The position numbers and the translations under genes were made by a program. Under the pieces are notes generated by a model. That model searched no databases. It saw only the letters and a program-made list of their open reading frames with translations, and had not been told where the DNA came from. This document shows, in pieces, positions 12,909 to 26,110 of a stretch of DNA of 64,000 nt. This DNA comes from Antechinus flavipes (lineage: Eukaryota). The stretch covers positions 135,408,001 through 135,472,000 of the forward strand of contig NC_067402.1 of NCBI RefSeq assembly GCF_016432865.1. The letters are read 5' to 3'. Within the stretch, counting starts at the first letter, position 1. Every line of letters starts with the position of its first letter.

Positions 12909-13677
12909 TAAAGAAATTATAACAATTTACATGGATTTATTTTTAAAGCTATACCTCACTCCTTAGAGGTGGGAGATTTCAAGGACTGTTTGCATAATAT
13001 AAAGGAAATTGAGACAAAGAAAACTTTACCCTATGATAATAACCTGATCTTTTGATTCTCAAGTTCAGTGACCCAATTATTCTCCATGTTGGCTCTAAGG
13101 AAGTCATTATAGTCAACTTTCTATTGTCTTTACCACCAGAGGTGTAGATAATCTCCAAATCATTTATTGGGGAGCTTGGAATGCATTTATCCTTAGACAT
13201 TCACTTGCTCCACTGTTCTGATTCTACTGCCAGTAGTCTGGGACCCAGCTGGATATTGGAAAAGAAACAGCCATGGATAATCCACTTGTGGATAATTGCA
13301 GGATGACTATAATTGTGTTTTTATATGCAGCTTTATTCAGGGACTGCTTTTCTTCAAAAGGTCAGTTCATGAGAAGAAAGCAATTTCTATTTGTCAGCAT
13401 GCTTAATGCTAAACAGTATGTTCCAATGGTGCAGACTATTCTCTGAATATTTTTTAAATGTGCACTCAGTGCAGTATATGAACTGCAACAGGCAAAGTCA
13501 GCCTCAAAGGGAGGGTAATTAGAGTTAAAATTTCGAATATACTCTAGTGAGTTCTAAAAGATTAAAGGAATCTTCAAAATTCTCTTGGGAAAGATTTTAT
13601 GAAATAGAAAATAGAGTTTTAAAATTATTGAGAATCCAATTCTCCAAAAGTCTCCATTTTAACATTGTGAATTAATG

Positions 13678-13813
13678 GGTGAGGCAATTGGGGTTAAGTG
13701 ACTTGCTTAGGCTCACACAGCTAATAAATGTTAAGTGTTAGAGTCTGGATTTACTCAGTTCATCTTGACTCTAGGGGTCAGTGCTCTATCCATTATCCCA
13801 TCTAGCTGCCCCC
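13678..13813 (-). mobile_element. Short marsupial SINE (WSINE1-like)
   Basis: gaggcaattggggttaagtgacttgc...catctagctgcccc. Confidence 0.88.
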
Positions 13814-13844
13814 AGTATTGTGAATATATGAAAAAAATTAATTT

Positions 13845-14005
13845 TTTCTCAACAAATATTAAACACTTACTATATATCAGAAACTGTGCTAATAAAGCAC
13901 ACAGAATAAAAAGCAAAACAGTTGTTTACAGTCTAATGTCTGAATGTCTGAATTTGAAGAACTTATATTATAATGAAGGGAGACTACACATAAGGAAATC
14001 ATAAC
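13845..14005 (-). mobile_element. L2 3' tail
   Basis: caacaaatattaaacacttactatatatcagaaactgtgctaa. Confidence 0.55.
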
Positions 14006-14099
14006 CAGAAAAGACTTTTGTGGATAACAAGTGGAATCATAATATAATCTATTTACATGCCCTTTGCCAAGGCAATGATTGTGTTGAATTGATCCAAAT

Positions 14100-14233
14100 N
14101 NNNNNNNNNNNNNNNNNNNNNNNNNNNNNNNNNNNNNNNNNNNNNNNNNNNNNNNNNNNNNNNNNNNNNNNNNNNNNNNNNNNNNNNNNNNNNNNNNNNN
14201 NNNNNNNNNNNNNNNNNNNNNNNNNNNNNNNNN
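14100..14233. other. Assembly gap
   Basis: Run of N. Confidence 1.
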
Positions 14234-14544
14234 TGTTCTGCATCATGTAGGCTTCCAGTAAATTCTGAGTGACTCTACTCTGAAAGGCATTGTCTCTGAA
14301 GGTTCAGTTTAGAGCAGCAGTAGCATCTTAGAAAATTATTTTCATGTGTAGACATATTGTAAACATACATGGGGTTTAATACAAATGACCACTGTGTCTC
14401 CTTAAAAGATCACTTTTGAAATTGCACCATAATGTGCTTTTAGGAACATTGCATGCAGAGTTCAGAGACCTGGGTACTGATCCTAGGTCAATCATTTACT
14501 ATCTTTTTAGAATTTAAGCTTTATGAAGTCTGGTATGTTGCTTG

Positions 14545-14785
14545 ACACATTTGGCAGTCATAAGAGCACTGGACCTGGAATTAGGCAAACTTGAATTCAT
14601 ATTTGGCTTCAAATACTTACTAGCTATGTTATTCTGGACAAATCACTTAACCTCTGCCTCAGTTTCCTCATCTATTAAATGGCTATGATAATAATAGCAC
14701 CTACCCCCCAGGGCTTTTATGAGGAAAAAATGAGATATTTGTAAAATGCTTTGTAAGCCTTTAACTTGTAATGCTATTTATTATT
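14545..14785 (+). mobile_element. MIR-like CORE-SINE
   Basis: gagcactggacctggaattagg...cacttaacctctgcctcagtttcctcatctattaaatgg. Confidence 0.8.
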
Positions 14786-16614
14786 AGTATTATTTTAAAA
14801 AATGTAAGTAGCTCCCAGTGAGGAACTTCAATCCATACCACTTTAGCATTAGACACATCCCTCAACCACTTTGAGATTAAGTTTTACCTGAGTTATGCAC
14901 TGGTTGTGTGAGTCAAAGGCAGGATTCAAGCCCAAGAGAGAACCAGACTCTTTCCATTATACCATTCTGCTCCTCTTCTGGTATGGGCATTTACTAAGTA
15001 TTTGTTGATTTGATTTACTAGTCATGTGGCCAGAGACAAGTCAGTTAATCACACTGAACTTTGAGTTATGTATAATAGTTAATGTAATAATAACTGCTTT
15101 GTCTATGAGAATCACAATGAAATCATAGAAATTTGGTGACAAAATGTATGCGACAGTCCTTGGTATTATTACCTGCAAAGGAGTGATGTTTTCTTTCTTA
15201 TTATTATGATTATCTGTTTTGTTCTTTTATCTTTTGCCATACTTATCTGAGAATACCTAACATATCTCATTCCAAAGCCTTGTATTCAAAAAAAGAGCAT
15301 GTTACCATTACAGTTTAGTATTTGGGGGGCATTGAAAATATTTTCAGTGAAAGATCTTTTGTTGTTATGTGCACAGTAAGATGTGATTGACAAGAAGAAA
15401 AATTCTCTATTTAGAGACATGGATCCCTGATACCCATCAGCTGCATTAGAGGTTTTCTCCTCATGAACCCATTCAATCCAAGCCAATATTCTTGGGAGAT
15501 GAGAGAGTCTTTATCTCAGGGAGGAATGAATACCAGTCTCCATCTTTGTGATCCTTCGTAGAGAGTACTTGTCTTGATATATAGTAGACAATACTCTATG
15601 TATTAGTTGTAATCTTTATGCATGAAACAGGGAAGTTGTCTAATAATTTTAATCAATACAGCTTTAAGGATTGTGTGAATGATATATATCATTCTAATAT
15701 TCCATATAACTATTTCTGAAGCTAAACACAAATCAAATAAAAATGCAGGATTGTTAGAGCATTATCTCTAGGCATGTGAAAAAATGTTGCTCACAGTTTC
15801 CAAAGCACCATTCTCTCGAATAGTAATGATAATTATCAGTTCTCAAAACTGCAGGTTCTTTGGCTTCAATACCCTTTCAAGCTAATTCATGATGTTTTTG
15901 AGCTAAGATGAGTAAATTGTAAATTATTGCACAGAGTGTGAGTGTGCTGACTGGAAATTTGTCACCTCTCTTACAACTGCCTCTTACAATATTCTTCTTT
16001 CTTGTCAGTTGCTAGTTGGGAAGCTCATGCCACTGGGCTTGTGGTGTGTTTGATCATTCATGGGATCAGGTACTTACTCCCACATTTGGGGTTACCATGA
16101 AGGGTTACCTTAGGATCTTTCGGACTGCATGCTTCCTATATGATTGGTGAGAAGATACTGGACAAGGTCAGGTATACTTTGATTTGGGGATTTCTTGTAG
16201 ACAACTTCCCCAGAGAAAGGAACCAAATTTGATTTTGACTACCCTGGGAATTAGATTAGAAGGCAACTATCAGCAGTAGTACCCAAATTTCAGTTTCCTC
16301 ATGCTAGAATTAGAAAAATTTAAAGTTAAAAATGACCTTATAAGAACAATTAGTTCAGTGCGTCTATTTTACAAATGAGGAAATGACGACAATTTCTGAC
16401 ATACTAATGCCTGATTTCTAAATGTTCCAGACATATAGATCAGCTGGACTTCCTGTTGTAAGAATGTTTGTGGTCATGGGAGAATCCCTGCTTCTGCTGC
16501 TGAATGAGAGTAGAGACTCTTTGTTGTTCATCAGTGGTATCCAACTTTTTGTGACTATCTTTTTTTTTGGGGGGGGTGGGGGGAGGTAAAGATTGTGTGG
16601 TATGCCATTTTCTT

Positions 16615-16742
16615 CTTAGGTTCATTTTACAGATGAAGAAACTGAGATAAACACAGGTAAGTGACTTTACAATGTCACAAAACCAGTCAGTGTCTGAGGC
16701 CATATTTGAACTCAGGTTTTCCATACTCGAAGTCCAAGGGTC
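16615..16742 (-). mobile_element. CORE-SINE fragment
   Basis: cattttacagatgaagaaactgagataaacacaggtaagtgac...gaggccatatttgaactcagg. Confidence 0.75.
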
Positions 16743-17479
16743 TCTCTTGGGAGCTTGGGAGCACCTGATTGCTGCCTGGATGATATACTCGGTGTGAGCC
16801 AATTTAGGCTGTGGATACTGAAATAATCATTTTGATGTTAGATTTTATTAATAGGATATTGTACTCAGTAGGGAAATATTGTTCCTGTAATGCTCTTTGT
16901 TAGTTAAACCATATTTTGAATGTTGGATTCACACTAAGGAAGATTTATTGTTATCTTTTGTTTCTATGTCACCTTCATTTCTCAATATATCCCTTCCCCC
17001 TCCAACTCAAAAGACATAACAAATATAAGAAATTGTAACATATATATATATATGGGAGAAAAGATCAGTCCGAAAAGTAATCAACACATCCATCAAGTTC
17101 AACTTATGCTGTATTCTATTTGCATAATCTCCTACTTCTGCAAAAAAAGGGGTAGGAACATTGCTTACCACATTTTAAGAGGAACATTAGCAAACAGATC
17201 AAGAGGAAAGAATATAAAGGATTCTGTAAGTGTAGTGAGAGTATTGAAGTTTGAATCTCAAAATCCTGGAACCTGTGGGATCTTTCTGGACTTAAGTCTC
17301 CTCATTTATAAAATAGAGGGATTGGTTTAAATCACCTTTAAGGTATGATCTAGGTCTAAATATATGATCTAGTTGTTTTTAGAGTCAGAAGTCTAGAAAT
17401 CATGCACAAGAGATTTACATTCCTGGCCATCCTAACCTTACCCTCCCCCTCTCCCTTCTGTATTCCAGTTTTCCCTAAG

Positions 17480-18125
17480 GTTCTTATCTTTAACCAAACT
17501 CTTCTTGCTGTTCTCTTATCTCATAAATTCTTCTCTGATTTTGACTAACACTTCCACTCTCAAGATTTCCACATCTGTGTTACCAGTCCTGGCCCTTTTC
17601 CTCCAGCTTCATCTTACCAATATTTCTGTCTACTGGGGTATCTTGACCTGAATATCAGGGTTGAACTCATAATCTTGTCACTTTCCTTATTGGAAGCTTT
17701 TCCTGATTTTGTTTTAATTAATGACATTGCCTTAATCTACTAAGGCTCAAAACTTCAAAGTCATCTTTGACTCCTTCCTTTATTTCTCTCATCCTCCACA
17801 TCTAATCAACAGCTGAGTTCTTTTGATCTTAGGAATCTGTTTTCTTCTTCCAATTTACCTATCTTTTTCTTCTTCTATTCATTTTGTATGCTCTATCTTT
17901 GTTAGATATCTCTATGTAGTTGACGCAATATTTTAAGTCTCCCATGTTCTTCATTGCCTCAAAGTCCATTGTTTTCTGTAGTAAGCCTAAAATCTTTCAC
18001 CCAACACTTAGGAAACCTTACAATTTGGGTTCCCCTTCCATTCAGAAGCAACTTCTCCTTCCTTAGATTTCTCCCATGTCTTTTTATATTGATTCTCACT
18101 TAGCTTTGTTTGAATGTTTTGAAAT
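17480..18125 (+). mobile_element. L2 LINE fragment (ORF2 3' part)
   Basis: aggctcaaaacttcaaagtcatctttgactcc...ctccacatctaatcaa is diagnostic L2 sense text. Confidence 0.7.
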
Positions 18126-18509
18126 TAAAGGATATAAGGATATAAAAATGATCTAAGTGTAATTAAATTAAAATTAAAATTCTGTTTATGATACCCAAAG
18201 TTGTGCTGACTCCCAAATTACTTATTAATTTATTTATCAAATTGTTATATAAGGCATTTTATTCCTTTACTTAAATATAATATATACTGATCATGATTGA
18301 TTTATTTTGGGTCTTTTTAATATGATTAAATTCATTAAAAACTCAGTAAGTCAATAGGTTGTGATAGTAAGAGTAAAATGTCAGTGCTTATGAAAATATA
18401 TCATATTTATTCGACAAAGGTGAATACATATTACTCTAAAATAATGATGAAGTTTAAGGAATACATTACAATGTTTCCCATCTGTTACCCTAAACCTTGC
18501 AATTTCCAA

Positions 18510-18523
18510 GTTGCCATGGAAAC
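18510..18523. promoter_or_regulatory. RFX X-box motif (putative)
   Basis: GTTGCCATGGAAAC matches the palindromic X-box consensus GTTNCCATGGNAAC and lies in repeat-free sequence. Confidence 0.45.
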
Positions 18524-20234
18524 TGACATTGATACCACATGACATTATTAATCTTTTTTCTATGGTAGTTTTTGAACTGGTAGTAATAAAAGTAAGGGAG
18601 TAATGCAAATCACCAAGACTTATAAAAATACTTCCATAGGCCACTAAATTGAATGACTTTTGACTGCAGACCTTAGATATTTTGTTAGATAAATTTCTTA
18701 TTCTGTTTAGTGGCTTCAGTGGGCACTTGAAATTAGTCTCGCTTTTGAACTTGTCTTTGGTATATTTTCAATTAATCAAATGAGGTTATTTTTGTGATTT
18801 AAAGTCTGTTCCAAGGACATTTGTACAGCACGGTTTCCATTTGCTAATTTTCATTAAATCAGAGGGCAGAGCATAGTCTCAATGCTGTAAGTAAAAAATG
18901 CTGTTCAAGTAGACTTTAGGATTAATCAGTGACTGGGAGACTCACATCACACAGGTTTTATCTTTAGGGATCCATGCTGTGCTACATGTGGACACAATTA
19001 TCAGTGTAATAACTGTTTAATTCGGTAGAAATTCTGTAATAAATCAGGATCTATTAAGTCAATTTATTAATATTCAGATCTTAAGAAGGCAGCTGTGATG
19101 AAATGATGTATTTATAGTTGTAGACTAGTTTGTTAAATACTAACATTTAACTATCACATGGTGCTCCTTAGTATCTGATTTCTGAGCCTTCATTTATAAA
19201 TAGTAGACACAAGAATGATTTGATTTCCATTAGTTTTTAAGAAATTAAAATTCAGAATGGATCCTTATATGAATAGGCTTAAAAAAAAAGAACATTTGAG
19301 GCAAAAAGCATTTCATTACTTATTTTTTTTGTATGAAAACATTTTCATTTTTAAACTCTTCCTCCCCCTCCCCTTGTCAGATGCAGCCAAGCATCATGTT
19401 TATTTCAATTTAGTTTGATTAGACAGAAATAATAGGAGGCCACTGTCTCATCAGAGTGGGTTCTGAAAAATACCCGCAGCAATTCTGTGTCCTTATTAGA
19501 GGTAAAAATGTGTTGTGTAGGAATGCAACATTTGCTGCATGATATTGATGACTTCTAATATATGTTATGTCCCAGTGACTTGACTGTCAGCCTAGCCAGC
19601 AGGATTCTTTCATCCTATCTGATAATCAGTTATGTTGTAGGGAGAAAGAGCTTAACCTTTGCCTGTCCCCCAGTTCTTTTTAATTAAAAAAAAAAAAAAG
19701 AACTCCTTGAAAAACACATAGGTGTACAAGAAAGGAATCCAGGAACAAAGAAAAAAAATTATTATTTTCAGTATTAATCTTGGACTAGAAAGGAATATAC
19801 AAACATTAGATTTGTTTCTGTTCAGAGAAACAGGACTCAAAGTTAGCCCCTGATGTTTGGGAGACAGCATGATGGAGTGAAAAAAAAAATCTTTGGACCA
19901 TATCCTAGAGAATCTGAACTCTAAGCCCCATTCTGCTTTGATTATAAGTGTGAGCTGGTACCTCTCTAGGCCTCAGTTTATGTGCTCCCCATAAAAAGGG
20001 TCTTATTAGATAAACTGTATTGTTTTTTTCCATTGCTAATGTCAGTTATATATTGTTAACAATTTCAATTATGGGCTTTGAAGAAAAACTTTCAGAAAGT
20101 CCCCTTTGACTTTTTAATTTACAAAATCATAATTTTAAATTTAGATTCCAAATTAGTATTCTTATTGCATTAATGAAATGAAATCCATTTTTGTTTCATT
20201 TTATCATTTATGGATAATAACTAACACTATATAC

Positions 20235-20450
20235 CAAGGACTGTACTAAACACAAACATCTCATTTGATCTTTATAACAACTCTATGAAATAGGTACTAT
20301 TATTATTATCCTCATTTTACAATTGAGGAAACTGAGCCCCAAAGAGATTCAGTTATTTGTCTAATGTCATATAATAAATAAATGTGAGAGTTTGAATTTG
20401 AACCTATATCCTAACCCTAGGTCTAGTATTCTGTCCATTGTACTACCTGA
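20235..20450 (-). mobile_element. MIR-like CORE-SINE
   Basis: ctcattttacaattgaggaaactgag; tctcatttgatctttataacaactctatgaaatagg. Confidence 0.8.
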
Positions 20451-20486
20451 AAGCACTTAAGGGGACCAGGGAGGTGTTACATCTTA

Positions 20487-20618
20487 AAGCATTGTTCTCA
20501 ACCTCTTTTTGTATTATAGATCCATTTGGCAGATTGATAAAACCTATTGGCCCCCCTTTTAGAATGTTTTTGAGTACATAATGGAAAATTGCTATGGTAG
20601 TAAAATATATTGAAATGG

Positions 20619-20654
<36 letters not shown>

Positions 20655-20693
20655 ATTTTTTAAAGTTGATGAATCCCAGGTTAAGGACTTCAT
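20487..20693. mobile_element. hAT-Charlie4-like MITE containing a (TATC)n microsatellite
   Basis: ttctcaacctc...atccatttggcagattgataaaacctattgg...ttttagaatgttttt...ccaggttaaggac; (TATC)n at ~20622-20653. Confidence 0.65.
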
Positions 20694-21714
20694 GATTTAA
20701 AAGAAAAGAGTAAAGATGGTTCTGACCTGTGTTGGTAGATGGAGTTTCTTCCTCTGGTAATTTTCCATATCATTTAAATCACAGGTCTAGAAATAAAATA
20801 TGTGGATTTGGGAGTATCCCCAGTCTGACTGGGGCCAGAATAAGTGAACTGTAATTAGGTTCTACACATGCATTTGGTTGTATATTAGTCTGAGAGGAAA
20901 TAGTGACCTAGAGATAAGTGTCTGAACATGTGATTACTTGAGAAGATGTGTGAACATAGGAGCTTGAGATGATCATGGATGATCATTCTGTCAGAATCTG
21001 GGAGTTGTCAGGGAGACTAGAGAAAATGAAACTGCATGGCCAGCTCTGGGAGATAGAGATGAAAAAAAAAAAAGTCAGAGAGAACAGGCTTAATTCAGAG
21101 GAATTGAGCTGGTTGGTTGCTGTCTGCCCAGAATTAAGAATGGCTATTTCAGGGAATTTCTCTGGACAGACTCCAGGGATACAGTTTTGTCGAAGTTCAA
21201 GGGACTTTGAGAAGTGCAGTTTTGACCTGAACTTGAAGTGGAGTAAAGCTTGTATTTGGAGATAGAAGGACCTTACTTTTCTAATGATTATGGGATTGTC
21301 AGATCTAGCTCAGTGGGATACCAGAAATTGGAAGTGAGGGTGAACTAACAAGGCAGGATAAAATGTCCTGCAGTGTCCAGGTTTGTTAGGATCTGGCAGA
21401 ATCAGAGGGCATAAGTCCAGGAATACCTGGAAAGGCTGCATGATACTTTTTGCTGAGTCAGTATAATTAAATAATATGAGACCAGCTACCTGTAATTTAC
21501 CTAATTTCTAATTTGAATTCTGAATTCCATAGTAGAACAACCCAAGCTGTGACTCTTAATTAAATCCAGCCAAAAAACTTTTATTTTATCTGCTTTGTAC
21601 TACCCTGCAATGGTCATTGTGGGAGTGATGGGGTGCTTCAGGAAAAGTGAAAGGGCAAAGAACTTGACATCTAGAAATTTCTATTCTTTCCAGAGTGGTT
21701 GCCCCAGAAAGTTA

Positions 21715-22450
21715 CCCATCAGTTAACCAATCAGCAAGTATTTATTATTTGTCTCATGTGCCAGGCACTGTGATAGGTTTTAGGAATATAAATACAAAAG
21801 TAAAAACAATCTCTGCCCTCCAGGAGTTTAAATGTGCAAGTAGAGATAGGAATAAAATAAACACAAGCTGATTTTATCAGAAGAGAGTACTAGCAGGAGA
21901 GTTGATCAGGAAAAAAAAAACCTAATCATGAAAGTTGTGCTTGAGCTGAGTTTATAGGAAATTAAGGATTACAAAACAAGGGGCATTTCTGACATGAAGG
22001 AAAGCCAGAACAAAAAGGAGGAAATAAGAAATGGATTGCTCTATTTAAGAAGTAGTAAGACATACAGATTGACTAGATTAAAGAATGAATGAAAGTGAGT
22101 GATTTGAGATGAGTAGTAAGACCAGGTAGTTAAGTGCCTTATAGCAGATACTTTTAACATAGAGTCTATGCAAAGATATCAGTCAGTCTACAAACTTGGA
22201 TGGGGAAAACTTCATCTTTATTTCAATAGCATTGGTTAACTTTGTAATTCTATGTATTTTGATTTTATGCATTTTAAAAATATTATTCTGAGAAGGGTGT
22301 CCAGATGCTTCACTAGATTGTCCATAACATCCAAAATAGGAAATCCTTTCCTAGAGATAATAGGAAACCACTAGTGTTTATATCAGGGAGTGACATGATC
22401 AGAAATGTGTTTCTGTACTTCATGTGCATATTGCAGTAAAAATAGGCCTT
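21715..22450 (-). mobile_element. L2 fragment interrupted by a hAT MITE
   Basis: L2 tail gcaagtatttatt...atgtgccaggcactgtg at ~21735; L2 text resumes at ~22355 (ggaaaccactagtgtttatatcagggagtgacatgatcag). Confidence 0.7.
22144..22352. mobile_element. hAT-Charlie4-like MITE
   Basis: tgtaattctatgtattttgattttatgcattttaaaaatattattctgagaagggtgtccagatgcttcactagattg. Confidence 0.7.
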
Positions 22451-23279
22451 CTGTTTGAGTGAGGTCAGCCTGGGGACCACATTTCATGATCTACTAATAG
22501 TCTTCATGTATTTAATCATATATATATATCCAGATAGATAGCCCAGAAAATTAGTTCCTATTTTTAAAGTTATTCATTTCTCATTTTCCCTCCAAAAGTC
22601 ATGAATTTTCATAAAGGTCTCATGGTTTATTTTTTTTTCTTTTTTAAACTTTTAATTTTCAAAATTTAATAAGTTAGACTGGAAATAGAAGTAATATAGA
22701 ATCTTTCTGGTAACAGACAGTGGATTTTCTTTTTACAAATGATAAATATTTTATCATGTATAGGATATAATTTATCTTACAAAGTGACCATTTTTCTGGG
22801 AAAGCAAAAAACAGAACAGGGCTTCTGATACTTACTAGTTTGTCCCCTTTATGGCTTAATTGTAGTTGTTTATGGATTCACGTCAGTATCAGAGAATGAA
22901 TTGGGAAATTTAGTTGTGGAGAAGCTATAGCATACAGTATAAATAGAAGGCACTTAAATGGTGATTTTCAGTGCATAAAAAAGTCATCATAGAAAGCCAA
23001 GGTTTGCTGTGGAAGAATTGTTATACTGTTTCTTTCTTTTCCCCAATATTCTTCTTCACTAAAGCCTTAGTCACACAGTTGAGTTATCACTAGTCTCACT
23101 GTGAATAGTCTGTAGGATACAGAAACCCTGAGAGAATGTAGAGAACTGTTATTTATATGTAAATAAAGATTAGCATTCTGAAACCTGTGTGATATGAAAC
23201 CTAAAATCCCACCTTTAACAAGAACTGTTTCTGGTCCCCATTAATGCTAGTGCTATCCCTCAGAGATAATCTTTTATTG

Positions 23280-23681
23280 AGAATACATCTTGTTTGTACA
23301 TAGCCCTTTACATTTTGTCCTAATAGATTGTTAGTTTCTTGAGGGCAGGGGCTGTTTGTATCTCCAATATTTAGTATAGTGCCTAGCACGTAGAAAACAA
23401 ATCTCTTGAGAAGTAGCCAAGCACTGAAAAGTTAAATGATGAACCTAGGGAAAGTCTCATAGCCAATGAGTCAGAATACATCTAGTTTTTGTACATAGCC
23501 CTTTACACTTTGTTCTAATAGATTATGAGCTACTTGAGGGCACGGGCTGTTTGTGCCTTTTTTGTATCTCCAACATTCAGTACAATGCCTAGTACATAGA
23601 AAGCACTTAAGAAATGCTTGTTGTCTTGAGAAAAGGTAAGTGATGAACTCAGGGAAGGTCTCACAGCCAAGATGAGTCAGA
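23280..23681 (+). repeat. Diverged tandem duplication (~193-209 bp unit) containing an L2 3' tail
   Basis: agaatacatct...gtacatagccc...ttgagggca.gggctgtttgt...gcctag.ac.taga...tgatgaac...ggaa.gtctca.agccaa..tgagtcaga occurs at 23280 and again at 23473. Confidence 0.92.
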
Positions 23682-24744
23682 TAGGTAACATGCTGAGTCT
23701 TCCTGGCTTTGAAACCAGCCTGTGTAGCCGCTATGAAAATCACCTCTCATCTTTGAGGTGGGATGTAGAGGGGGCCAAGGTCCTGGACTAGAAGATAGTA
23801 GATATACTGTTAATTTCAGCTGATCCTTTGATACATTGTTTTCCCTCTCCACCTCCCCCTTTTTATCCTTTGTTACATAGGATGGCTTTCTGAGTGAGGA
23901 AGGAACAAGGGATATTTTTAACAGTGAAAGTGATGTGAAAACAAAGGTATCAATAAATATAAAAAAGAAAATTAAAATGTTAGGAACTTGTTTATTAGCT
24001 GAGACTAAAAGTTCATAGTATCTGTAGGAATCAGTAAAATTTCTTTTCCATATTCTATTCTCTATGTCTTCTTCCATATACCTTAGGATTTAAAGGAGGA
24101 TTTAAATAGACTGGAAGTTTTAGTGTGAGCCTGGAATTAGCTGAAATATTTTATTTGAATAAGCCCAGCAATGCTGTCTCTAGTTTTGTTTATATTTTAT
24201 CATTCTTGAAGGTGATCAGTTATTTTTTATGTTATTCCTTTTGTGTCTAGTGTGGTGCTTGCACACTGGCACTGGATGAAAGTTGTTGACTCTATTGAGT
24301 GTTTACTGGGAAACCAGATGTAGTGTTGGTTAGACAACAGAGAGAACAGAGAACATCAAACTTTGCAAAGAGAGCTAAGGGAGAGGAGAGTGATAATAAG
24401 AGGCCCATGAGGGAGACATGGCGAAGGAATGTTTAATGAGATAAGGGAAATAGTGAGTTGGGTGGAATAATCAAGAGACTGAAAAATTAATTAAGCTGAG
24501 GTTTTTCTTTCTCCCTACACCCAGAAGAAGTCTTCCCTTGATCAAAATCCACCTCTTCTTTTGGGAGTTAGACCTGAGTACTTAAGGCAGCATTGTTCAA
24601 CTTGACCTTCAATAATCAATTTGAATTATAATAGTTTTATCTTCATTTCATGGTACTTGATCATATTATTTCAACTTTTTTTTGTTTCATCAAGGACTTC
24701 ATCATTATAGTCAAAAGACATTAGTGTCCTCAAGCCTTGGTTTC

Positions 24745-26110
24745 ATGTCTCACCTTTGACACTTAAACTTGTTTGACCATAGATAAGTGACTGAAACTCT
24801 TAGTTTCATTATCTATTAAATGGCAATAATAATACCTTTAATACTTAGCTCCCAGGTTTGTTATGAGTCTTTGATGCACTACTATATGTAAATTACAAAG
24901 TTTTTTATAAATATTATTTAATATTCATAACCTTACAATGATCTCCTTGGATCTTGGTAATCAATAGGCTATAGTTTTTAAATGGTAGCTGGTAAAAAGT
25001 ATTTTTTCTCATGGTTGTGGTTGAGGAGATAAGAATGAAGAATATGATTATTTGGTAAGAAGATTTTTTTTTTACACAAAATTTTAAGATATGATAATGT
25101 TAACATATAATGCTTTAGGATTTGAGTATCTTACAAATATTAACTTATTTGAAATGCCTCACAACAATCCTGGGAAATTAGTACTGCTATGATCCCCATT
25201 TTGTAGATGAAGAAAGTTTAGTAACAGTGGTTACAAGACAAGAGAGTAATATATTCCCTATTCTAGGATCAGCACTTTTTTCATTAACTATATTGTCTTT
25301 GCATAGATATACCTATATGTGTCTATAGTTGTAACTCTACATGGATAAATACAGAGAGATGAAAATGTTTGTAATAGTAGGAGTCTTTTACTATTTCCTA
25401 AACTCTTTATTCAGGAAGACTTGAATTCAAAATCTGGCCCAGACATTTCTCTAACTGTACAATCCTGTTAAAGTCATTTGTCTGTCTTAGTTTCCTCATC
25501 TGTAAAATGAGTGAAATCACAGTGCCTATCTTGCAGGGTTGTTGTAAAGATAAAATGAGATATTTGTGAAATACATTGCATTTTATAAAGTACTATATCT
25601 ATGTTATTAATATTGTTAGTTAGATTTTGATTTTTTTTGTTTCATATGAATTTTAAATTGAACTATAAATGAAAACTCTCAAAGTTTACAGTTTACCATA
25701 GGAAAAATAATTTATTAGAATATATTGATTTAATATTGGAAAAATAATCTTCAAAGTGGATATTTCAGTGTTTTGCTTTTTAAAAGTTCCCTAGCAATTT
25801 ATTCTTACAAAGGTTTTGATAATTCTTTTTTAAAAATGGCTAATTTGCTTAGTCAGAAAGTCAGGGTAACATAGTATGGTTCCAAGTCATTTGCTTTTTA
25901 ATTATTAGTCATATAACTGGATAGATAAAGTAAGGTGATGGATGGAGTTAGGAGGTCACTTAGAAGTGATCCAATATAACCTCTTTATTTTATAGATAAG
26001 GGAGCTTAAAGTTGTTAAAGGCATTGCCAAAAGTCACACAGTTAAGTATCTAAGGCAAGCTTTGAATTTAAGTCTCTCTGATGCCAGGCCAACATTATCC
26101 ATTAAACCAC
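24745..26110. mobile_element. Cluster of four MIR-like SINE fragments in alternating orientation (+,-,+,-)
   Basis: Cores at ~24800 (tagtttcattatctattaaatgg), ~25195 (cccattttgtagatgaagaaa), ~25490 (agtttcctcatctgtaaaatgag) and ~25985 (tttatagataagggagc). Confidence 0.65.

Noticed and set aside
12635-12922. Ser/Pro/Phe/Leu-rich ORFs here and at 53116 and 61203, and poly-HT/CV ORFs
   Set aside because: Read-through of CT tracts and dinucleotide repeats.
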